A DNA stretch of 63,505 nucleotides, filler included, from Folioceros fuciformis (Eukaryota): the NCBI GenBank assembly GCA_049999805.1. It is 7 parts of 7 records of this genome, joined end to end, with 100 filler letters (N's around TTAATTAATTAA, not from the genome) between each part and the next. Parts side by side here need not be neighbours in the genome. Positions count along the whole stretch, not along the records: positions 46,849 to 58,906 come from JBNGIO010003179.1; positions 59,007 to 63,505 come from JBNGIO010003187.1; 5 more parts are not named here. The stretch is one strand, 5' to 3'. The notes under the pieces were generated by a model that saw nothing but the letters and a program-made list of their open reading frames with translations, ran no database searches and was not told where the DNA came from. Made by a program: the position numbers and the translations under genes. How positions within the stretch are numbered: position 1 is the first letter of the stretch; the number at the start of each line of letters is the position of its first letter. Positions 53,010 to 63,505 of this stretch are shown piece after piece.

Positions 53010-56000
53010 CATACTCCCACATAACCTAGGCAGTATTTAAGAACTGAATGAAACGTGCATCGTGTGAAACAGTGAGCATTATGCTTTTGAAAACGGAACG
53101 GGAAGCTCAAACGACGGGGTCTTCCACTCGCAGAGAGCAGTGCCAACACCATGTCTCAACTACTTACCGTCGTCGCGCTCGTAATAGCTGTGTTCTGTAT
53201 CATCATCCAGTGGCAAGAGTTGATGACGACGAGAAGCAGAGCGCGCTACCAGCTTGTAGAAGGTGAGGAGCTGAGCGCCAAAGAAGGAGGCAGAAGGAAG
53301 AAGTCTGCGCTTAGGGCAGAGTGGTGCAAGCCCATGGAATGAAAACTTTTCAACCTGCAGCACTATTTGAGGAGCTGGCGGCAAGTGTTACTATGAGGAA
53401 GACCTCAGAGACTAACAGGCACAACTTGCCAATTGGGAAGGAAGAGGTGGTTGACCTAGGAGACATTCCTGCAGTGGACCCTCTCAGGGGCATGAGAGTG
53501 CGATGGCGTGAAGCGGTCAATACTCCGCTGCCCGCCGAAGATGGGGAAGAGGAAAAGGTTCCTGCTGAAGTTGTAAAGCTGTCTCAAGAGATGATCAGGC
53601 TTTCACACAGAGACAAAGGGAAAAGGACGCAAGGTTAGGTAAGGACTATTGGCTTCATCCATGCTCCTTTTCCTGTGTGCCGAAAGCAGGAGGGTAATGA
53701 ATGACCTGTAGATTGTGTTTGTGTGTATCGCAGGACACAAGTAGATAGGAAATGTAGGAAAGTTTGTCAGTTGAGGCTGCAATATGTAAAACCTAAATTA
53801 TAAGGGGGTTTTTGAGATCAGAGGACATAGGCCCTCACCCCTCCCACACAGTCCAGGTCAGTTGTTACCTTCCAAGTAGGTGGCTGAAGTCTTTAAGTCC
53901 AAGCGATTCCATGTGCAATCTGTGCTTTAGCTTAGGCAGCGCTTTTGTCAAGATATTGGCTATGTTCTCAGCAGTGGGAACATATGCCAATTGGATAACT
54001 CCTCTTGCAGCTGTGTCTCTGATATTGTGGTGCTTGATCTCGATGTGTTTCGTCCTTGCATGAAATCTTGGATTGGCAACCAAGGCAATTGCGAAAATGT
54101 TGTCACAGCGAAGGATTGTGGGTTCCAGCTGCTCAACATGAAGATCCTTAAGATAAGCATGCTCCCACTCAGCCTCCTTTGCAGAATCAGTAAGAGATAT
54201 GTCTTCTGCTTCAGTGGAAGACAACGCGATTGACTACTGTTTCTTGCAGGACCAGTTCACTGCAGCACCAGCTAATAGGAAGCAGTATGTGGAAAGACTC
54301 TTCCTAGAGTCAGAGTCTGAAGCCCAATCAGCGTCCGTGTATGTAGATAATTGAAGACCTGAAGGTGACCCAACTTGATAGAAGAGTCCAATTGTCATGG
54401 TACCCTTGAGATAGCAGTAAATCCGCTTCACAGCTGCCCAATGCACACATCCAGGCTTCTCCATGAACTGAGATACAGCACTAACTGCGTATGAGATGTC
54501 TAGCCTGGTCCAATTAGAAATGAAGATTAGGCAGCCTACTGCATGCCTGTAAGGTATGTTCTCTATATCAGCAATCTCATCAGCAGATGTGGCACATTGG
54601 TCCACAGTTAACTTGACTCCCACAGAGCCTGGTGTCGAAACTGGACGTGCTTGATCAAGTTGAAACCTCTTCAGAATCTCAGCCAGGTATTTCTTTTGAT
54701 GAATCACGATCAGACCTGCGTCTCTGCGATGTAGAACCTGAACACCTAGGCAGAATTTTAACTCTCCCACATCCTTCATCTCAAACTCAGTGCTAAGGAG
54801 ATTTTTAACGGTGGCTAAGATGGATGTGTCTGTGCAAGCAAGATACAATCATCTACATAAATGGCTAAGATGCAAAAGGTTGAACCATCTACAAGGTAGT
54901 ATACAGAAGAGTCTGCAGCACTCTAAACAAAACTGAGCTTCTTGAGATGAGTATCCAACCTTTTGTTCCAAAGCATGGCGCTTGGCTTTAAGCCATAGAG
55001 GGCCTTAAGGAGTTTAAGTACCTTGTTGGGCCATTGCTTGTGAACATAACCTTATGGCTGCTCCATGTATATCTCCTCTTCAATTTCACCATGTAAAAAT
55101 GTTGTACAAACGTCCATTTGGTGCAGTTCTAAGTTGAGCTCAGCAGCAAGAGCAAGGATAATTCTAATACTCTGAGCTTTGACTACAGGAGAAAAAGTCT
55201 CCTGGTAGTCAAGGCCAGCAACTTGACTGAATCCACTAACACAAAGTCGAGCCTTGTAGCGGGCGATTTCACCATCAACATTCAGCTTTGTTTTAAAAAC
55301 CCATTTGCAGCTAACTGGTTTCCTCCCTTCTGGCAAGTTTTTAAGTATCCAAGTATTGTTCTTAATGATGGATTGATATTCCTCCTCTACTGTAGCTTGC
55401 CAGTGATGAGCATCATGTCCAGAATAAGCTTCATCCATAGAGGCAGGGTCAAGATGGAGAGGAGCACTTCCAGGGACTGCTGTATGAGCTGAGGGTTTAT
55501 GCCAAAAATCAAAAGACTCATAAGGTGGCTCGTGCCAGTGATCCCAAGGAATTCGGGCTCGCAAAGTATAACGAGGAAGAGGCGCAGCCTCAACAGGTAG
55601 TAAGGCCTTTTCCTTAGAATCTACAGTAGTAACTTGGGATTCTTGAAGCGCAGGTAGGTCAGGTTGCAAGTCATTGTCTAATGGTGGGATTGGATGTGGA
55701 ATTGCATCAACAAGCTCATCAATAAGATCAAGAGGGTGATCAACAAGGTCAGGAGGGTCTGGTGGATCTGGAAGTTGCACATAAGGTAGCTGATTGGGTG
55801 CAGGATCAGCAGTGCCGGGAAAGGTGGTCGGAGGAGTGGCAAATACGTCTATTGTGGATGATTCGTCATCTGATATATTAGAATCAGAGGAAGGGTGAAT
55901 GCCTGCGTTTGGGGAAACTGAGGTCAACAGCTCCTTAAAGACAATACTCCTAGCAAGAACAGGGGTAAGAGATTGCAGGGTCAATCATTTTGTATGCCTT

Positions 56001-58906
56001 GGCTTCATCCCCATAACCTACAAAAATCAAAGCTCGTGATCTATGATCAAGTTTCTGACGTTTCTCAGGTGGGATGTAGGCGTATGTAGGAGAACCGAAT
56101 ACCCTGAAGTGCATGATACTGGGCTTACGTCCCCAAAACATCTCAAAAGGCGTTTTACCTAGAAGGGAAGTTGTGAGAAGGCGGTTGAGGATGTAAGTGG
56201 ATGTGGTGAGGGCCTCTGCCCAGTACTCTGCTGGAAGTGAAGCCCAACTAAGCATGCTATGGGTCATGCCCATAAGGGTTTGATTCTTTCTTTCAGCAAC
56301 CCCATTCTGCTGGGGAGTGTATGCAACTGTCAGTTGTCGTAAGACACCATGATCTTGGAGAAAGGCATCAAAGGTATTGTTGCAGAACTCTGTTCCATTG
56401 TCAGTACGTAAGCATTTGAGAAAACAGCTAGACTGTCTTTGAGCCATGAAGAACCACTCTTTAAAATAGGGAAAGGTCTCACTTTTACGAGACATAGTAT
56501 ACGTCCAGGTAAAACGACTAAAATCATCTGTTATTGTAAGGTAGTATAAAGCTCCTCCTAAGGATTGTGTTTGCAGTTTACCAGAGATGTCGGCATGCAC
56601 TAGATCTAACAGCCCTGAAGTTCTGTAGGCATGTTGTGGAAACGGCTTCTCCTTCTGTTTGGCCAACAAACATGCTTCACATATGGGTAAGTCCTTAAAG
56701 CAAGAAGGTAGAGGCTCAACATAGCAGTCGTGTGTCGACATCTTAATGAGTGAATTTTTATTGACATGTCCAAGGCGGGCATGCCATAACTTGGCTTGTT
56801 CGCTGGCAGGTAGATATGCTGGTGAAGTTGATGTAATTATTGGTGCTGGAGATGAAGTCTCACAGATCGCATCCAAACGATATAGCTCCGAATCGGGGAC
56901 ACCTTGACCAATACACTGCTTAGATGAGGTACGTCGAAAAACTTCACATGTGGTGCCATGAAAACGAAACTCCAGATTGTGATGAATCGCCAAGAGCCTG
57001 ACTGACAGCAGATTTTTGGCCATGCCAGGAACATACAGTACGCCTGGCACATTGAGAACTGAATTGTCAGTCATAACGGATCGACAAGTACCATAGCCTT
57101 TAATAGGTAAGCTTGTTGATCGTTGTTCATCTCCAAGCAGGACAGATTGTGTGGAATTTGTAAGTTCCTTGAAGCTGCGAAATAATTGCTGATCTTTGCA
57201 AATATGTGCTGTCGCACCAGAGTCCAGAAACCAGCTACTAGGATCACTCGAAGAAGAAGACAAGCAAATGGTAAGAATCTTCACGACTGCCTTGCCATTG
57301 TCATGTTGAGGTCTTTCCTTTGTGACTGAATTGACTTTAGGCTTGGGACGACGGGGCTCGCCTGCCTTCTTTTTGCGGCAGTCCCTCTCCCAATGTCCTG
57401 GCACATTGCACCAATTACAATTGCCTGGTTTCTTTGTAGATGGAGTGCCAGTAGGGGAGGTTTGTGGGCGAGAAGCAGGTCGTCCGCCTCCTTTGCCCCT
57501 CCCTCTCCCAAAACCTCCACGCTAACGGGAGATATAGAGAACTCGATCAGTGCGCAGCTTGCTGGAGCCGCTCGAACTGATACGAAGTCGGCTTTGCTCC
57601 TCTTCATAAAGGGCAGCAATCACGGCCTCCAAGGAATAATTACTAGGGTGACTAGCAGCAACATTCTGGCCAGCAATGGCTAAGGGACCATTTTGTAGAG
57701 ATACAAAAGTCTGTTATGATGGGGGGAGCAAGAGCAAAAGATGAGCCACAGCATCCTCCTCTAAAATAGTCGAGTTCAACTGGGCAAGACGGGATCAAAG
57801 TTGTGGAAACTTGCTGGTGTGGGCAGCCACACTGTCACCCTCTCGCATTTTCAAGGTATAGAATTCATGTTTCACTGTGCACTTAGTCATCATATTCCGG
57901 ACAACATAAGTATTATTGAGTTGACTCCAAATCTGATGTGCCTCGGTAAGGTATTCCACGTCAAGAATCAGCACTTCGTCAAGGCCTATAATCAAGATGG
58001 CAACAGCAATTTCGTTCATTGTGTTCCATTTGTCTACATCAGCCTGTGTAACTTGAGTGCCTCCAATTGTGGTAGTGGTTCCAGCAACAGGAAGCACAGG
58101 CTCCACATATGTGCCGTCAACAACCGTCCACACGCCTCTTGCACGTAATGTAGTCTGCATTCGAACTCTCCATACTTCGAATTTAGTTCCATTGAACTTG
58201 TCAAGGCCTCTGAGGTCTATTGTGAAGGATGGAGTAGAGGAAGACATGCTGACTACAAATTGTGGCTGTACAAGAGGAAGAGGTGGAGGTGTCGAGGGAA
58301 TAGGGGCCGGATTAGGTGGTGGATTGGAAGGATGCACAGATTCTCGTCGACGATGGAGATAAGGTGACAGAGGAAAATTTAAAAGATGGTCTCTCGTAGA
58401 CATACATTAGGGAATTCACTACAAAACAAGTAGGGACAATTAGATCTGAAAAGACTTTTTTTTTTTAGGGTTTCAGCAGAAAAAAGTCTAACTTAAACTA
58501 CTGCCTTCTTTTCTAGGGCACGTTTGGATTCAGGTGAAGCGGTTAGTAACCGCCAATGAAAATAAATCAGCAGAAGAAAGGGGCCTGAAAACCACGAAAA
58601 TCAACAGACATCTGAATGCAAAGTGCCTACACTAGAAAAGGGTAGCAAATGTCAGTTCAATTTGATCGCTCCTCGTCAGAGGAGCAAAGGGCAATGTTCA
58701 AAATCTCAAATTGTCTAGAAAATTGACTAATTTCAAATGAAAATTTAGAGATTAATTTTTGAATTTTAAAATCTGCAGAATCCAAACACTTAGAAAATGT
58801 CTCTTGTCGCTGGACAACTACATTCAGGGTACCTTCTAGAATTTGTACCGCTGATTCATAATTCAATGCATCACTTGCAGATGTACTGGCTGGCTCAGTG
58901 CGTGGA
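53010..58906 (-). mobile_element. Ty1/Copia element with a full domain set broken by frameshifts and stops
   Basis: gag 58403-57795 (LDKFNGTKFEVWRVRM), CNWCNVPGHWERDC, WFLDSGATAH, integrase (LWHARLGH, ITDDFSR, RTDNGTEF, QQNGVAER), RT (CKWVFK, LHQMDV) and RNase H ending at 53865. There is a putative PPT GTGGGAG near 53014-53020; the LTR boundaries are unresolved. Confidence 0.92.
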
Positions 58907-59006
58907 NNNNNNNNNNNNNNNNNNNNNNNNNNNNNNNNNNNNNNNNNNNNTTAATTAATTAANNNNNNNNNNNNNNNNNNNNNNNNNNNNNNNNNNNNNN
59001 NNNNNN

Positions 59007-62000
59007 TGGTCATATTGCTAAGGACTACTATAAGCAGCAAGCAGACATGAGAGGAAAAGGAAGGCAGCATGGGAACTTTGCCTCCTCTAGTAATGCTGGA
59101 AATGACCAGGATAGGTTGTTCACCATGCAACATCTCTCTAAACAGGATGGGCAGAATGATGAGAGATGGTACATTGATTCAGGAGCATCAAACCACATGA
59201 CTCCGCATGGCGAGTGGTTTAACAAGATGGATGCAGGTCCCCATGGTCATGTGTGTACAGGAGATGACACACAACATGACATAAAGCACAGAGGAATTGT
59301 TCCTCTTAGGATGCCAAATGGTTAGCAGAAGAGTCTGCAAAGATGTGTTGCATGTTCCAACCATTACGAAGAACCTGTTGTGTGTTGGACAGATGGCTGA
59401 ACAAAATCTACTGGTTTGATTCAATAAAGATGGATGCTTTATTGAAGAATATGACAGAGGGCGCAAACTGATTGCTAAAGGTAGTAGGAATGGACAGATG
59501 TTCACTCTGGATGCATCCATTCCAGAGCTAAATGCAGCAATGTTTGCAAATGATGCAGGTGCCATACGTGATGTTGAAATATAGCATAAGGGGATTGGGC
59601 ATGTGAACATAGAGAAGCTGAAATCTATGCAATAGAAAAGCGTGGTGGAAGGATTGCCCAAGTTCAAGTATGTTGATCTTGGTCATGTGTGCTCTGCATG
59701 TCAATTTGGAAAACAGTCAAGGTTTTCATTAGTGCGACACGTGCAGAACAGCTCGAGACCTTTGCAATTGATACACTTTGATGTATGGGGTCCTTCACAG
59801 AATGCATCGTTTGGAGGAGCCCACTACTATGTCTCCTTCATTGATGATTTCAGCAGGTACACGTGGCTGTACATACTGAAGCATAAGGATGAAGTGTTTG
59901 AGTCTTTCAAGGACTTCAAAAAGCATGCTGAAAATGAATTCAGCTGCTCCATCTCTTGTATAAGATCAAATGGAGGGGGAGAATATGTCTCAAATGAGTT
60001 TGAAAGGTATCTTGCAGATCATGGTATACGAAGACAGCTGACTTGTAGATACACACCATAGCAGAATGGTGTTGCAGAGAGGAAGAATAGGATAGTCATG
60101 GCAACAGCAAGGGCAATGCTGAATGAGAAGTGCTTACCTAATGATTATTGGGCAGAAGCAATGATGACAGCAGTGTATGTACTGAATCAAACTCCTACGG
60201 CAGGAATTCATGATGCTACACCAATTGAGAGACTGTATGGCTATAAGCCGAATATTAGGCACTTGAAAGTGTTTGGGTGCATTGCATATGTGCATGTACC
60301 TGATGAGAAGCGTAGGAAGCTGGATCCTAAAGCAGTGAAGAGTGTTTTTCTGGGGTATGCACGAAATAGGAAGGCATATAAGTGTTATGTGCCATCCACA
60401 CATGAGATCCTGATAAGCAGGGATGTGGTATTTGATGAGTTAGCCTCCTAGTATAGCAACTCAGTTGCACTACCCTATGACAAACCCACAGGGGAGAGTA
60501 CTGTTAAGAGTACTCCAGCAAAGAGTGAGGATGTGACCAATGGTGGATCACCAACGGTGAATCCATGGTCTGGAAGACTACGGAATGGTAAACCGAAGAC
60601 CACTAACCTGGATATGTCAGTGAGGGGGAGAGTAGAAAGCAGCAAAACTGGAAATGAGGGATATGAATCCTCAAGTAGTGAGAGCATAGACAGTGAGTTT
60701 GGCATTCCGTCTGTGGAAACGCCAGGTGCTAAGGAGCAACAATATGCAAGGCAGGTTCAAAATGAACCAAGACCAAGGAGATCTGAGAGGGTTAGGAAAC
60801 CCATTGACAGGTACACCTATACAAGCTACAATGCGCAACATTATGCGTATATGCAAGGGTCACAGCTTGTAAGGAGCCAACCAAGTTTGCTCAGGCAGTG
60901 ACAGATGATAAGTGGTGTCAAGCCATAGATGAAGAATACTCAGCATTAGTTGAGAACGGAACGTGGGATTTGGTTCAATTGCCTAATGGCAAGGTTGCTA
61001 TTGGTTCTAAGTGGGTGTACAAGCTGAAGTTCAAGTCAGATGGAACGTTGGAGCGTTACAAGGCCAGGTTGGTTGCAAAGGGATATGCACAACAGTATGG
61101 TCTTGATTATGAGGAAACCTTTAGTCCAGTAGCCAAGATGACAACTGTAAGGACAGTCATAGCATTAGCAGCAGCTAAAGGATGGAAGTTATGGCAAATG
61201 GATGTCAAGAATGCTTTCTTGAATGGTGAGCTGTAGGAGGAAGTGTACGTGGAACAGCCTGAAGGCTATGTTCATCCTAAGTTTCCAACATACGTCTGCA
61301 AACTGAAGAAGGCATTGTATGGACTCAAACAGGCACCTAGAGCATGGAATGCTCGTATCACAAGCTATTTGAAGGAGCGAGGGTTTGTGATTGGAGATGC
61401 AGATCACAGTCTGTTTGTAAAACAGACTAAGGTAGGACAAGTGTGTCTTGTCGTTTATGTTGACGACCTGATCATCACAGGAGATGATGCAGATGGTATT
61501 GCAGATGTTAAGGCAAATCTGCAAAAAGAGTTCAAGGTGAAGGATCTTGGTGAACTCAGATACTTCTTAGGAATTGAGGTTGTGTCTACACCTCAAGGAA
61601 TCTGGCTATTCCAAAAACAATATGCTAAGGATATGTTGCAGAAATATGGCATGACAGATTGCAAAGCGATGGATACACCATTGGAGCAGAACGTCAAGCT
61701 GCAAATGGATGTAGGAGCTGAGCTGGAAAATGTGACTATGTATCGACAAATGGTCGGAAGTTTGATCTACTTGACTATCACACGTCTTGACTTAAGTTAT
61801 GCAGTGGGACTGATTAGTCAATTCATGCAGAACCCAAGGAAACCGCACTTGGATTTAGTTAGAAGAATCATGAGATATGTGAAAGGAACTACTGAGTTTG
61901 GATTGCTCTATGAGCATAGGAAGCATCTTGAGCTGACATGATATACAGATGCTGATTGGGCTGGTTGTGTGTATGATAGAAGATCAACCAGTGGATATGC

Positions 62001-62677
62001 ATTTAGTCTGGGAAGTAGTATGATCAGCTGGCAAAGCAAGAAACAACCGATAGTTGCTTTGTCAAGCACAGAAGCTCAGTATCAAGGAGTTGCAATGGCA
62101 GCCTGTGAAGCAGCTTGGTTGCAAAAGTTGCTACGTGATCTTGGAAATATAGTAAACAGCAAGGTTACAGACTACTGTGACAACATGAGTAGCATGAGGT
62201 TGGCTACTAATCCTGTGTTTCATGCTCGTTCGAAGCACATAGAAGTACATTATCATTTCATCAGGGAAGCGGTATTATCTGAGAAGATAGATCTTCGGCA
62301 CGTGAAGACCGAAGACCAGGTAGCAGATATCTTTACTAAGTCGCTAGGTAGAGATAAGTTCTTACACTTTCGTGAACTACTTGGAGTGTTACAAATAGTC
62401 TGAGCTTGAGGGGAAGTGTTAGAAATCAAGCTCTAACTGAATTGTTATTAAGAGCATACAACACTTAGGATAGTGTAGATTATCCCATGTTGAACTCGTA
62501 GTTATCTATCACCTAAGTGTTATCAGGATATATCAGGATATACTAGGATATTGCACCCTCGAGACTAAGGCTTACCTTATCAAGGGTTGCCCCGCCTGAA
62601 GGCTATATATGTAGCATCCTGTGCACCATAAGTAAGGAACTGTGGAGTCCTTCTAGGCATGTGGTGCTATTTCAACA
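59007..62677 (+). mobile_element. Ty1/Copia element, 5'-truncated by the gap: protease, integrase, RT, RNase H, PPT and 3' LTR
   Basis: [79 protein letters not shown] (ends 62403). PPT GAGGGGAAG at 62408-62416 and LTR about 62417-62677 (TGTTAG..TCAACA). Several premature stops. Confidence 0.94.
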
Positions 62678-63505
62678 GTAGGTAGGTCACAGGTCTAGGT
62701 TCCTCTGGTTAGGGTGTCCAGGTTAGGGTGTCCAGATGTGAGTGGAGCTGCCTGGAGTGGCCAGGCAGGGCACAACGACGACAAGCCTCTGGAGAGTCGG
62801 GGCATGCTTGATCAAGGGCAAGGTAGAACGGGGGCTCCGAGGCGGACGCTGTCAACATTATTAGAGCCTAAGCAGGCAGCCCGCAAGGCAGATCCTGTAG
62901 CGCACTCTTACTTGCTAGCTGGAATGGATGTGGGTGACAAGGCCAGGGGATGCAAGTTGGACTAGCTTAGCCAACAAGCTGATTTACTCGCTATCAGAGG
63001 TGGCTATGGCTGGGATTCGTCCCTGACACCCTATATCTTGTCCGCCTGTATTGTGGGCACGGGGGGCTGGAGGATGCGTAGGCTGTGCTGCAGCCAAGCA
63101 CCAAGCTGGCATCTTCGTTTAGGGCAGGGAGATTTGGAGATCTATCATGGCAGATCTACTGCAACTGGGGCATCAAGGATGCGGAGCAAGGACTACTGGA
63201 TTTGTCTAAGGGCTTGATGAACAAAGCGGTGTACTACAATGCTACAATGGGCAATGGCATAGGGTTCCGGACAGGCTGGGTCGCGGCACTTCTTCAATGA
63301 CTATGTGATCAACAACTGCGAGCATCCAGGTGGTTGTGCAGCCAGGCGTTGTACTGCAGGTGGCTAGATCCAGGCGGTTGTGCAGACGATGGCGGATCCA
63401 GGCAGGTGGTGTGGACTGGATCCAAGTGGCTGGCATGCTGGCCGGGGTGGATCTGAGCCAGGCCGGAGCCAGGAGCGGGCCGAGGGCCAGCTAGCTGGCT
63501 GGCTG

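Overview
Eukaryotic land-plant nuclear DNA with compact, intron-rich genes (introns mostly 80-300 bp). It is assembled from seven segments joined by six fixed 100-bp gaps (44 N + TTAATTAATTAA + 44 N), so adjacency and distance across gaps are uncertain. Four host genes can be supported: (1) the 3' two-thirds of mitochondrial elongation factor G (+, 15 exons read by eye, one GC-AG intron); (2) a convergent plastid fibrillin FBN10/PAP12-like gene (-); (3) a single-exon CLE peptide precursor ending HVVPSGPNPLHN (-); (4) a POLTERGEIST-like PP2C phosphatase (+, 4 exons). Most of the rest is a dense, partly nested cluster of Ty1/Copia LTR retrotransposons: one complete element with both LTRs and a 5-bp TSD, one nearly intact gag-pol, and several decayed or internally deleted copies. 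There is also the 3' end of a CRE-like restriction-like-endonuclease non-LTR retrotransposon and several minisatellites. The best candidate for something undescribed is a Copia lineage (gag motif KE[K/R]D[R/H]F) that appears to carry extra ORFs: a sense ORF in the 5' leader and small antisense ORFs with hydrophobic N-termini downstream of pol. All assignments come from recognising motifs by eye; no searches were run.
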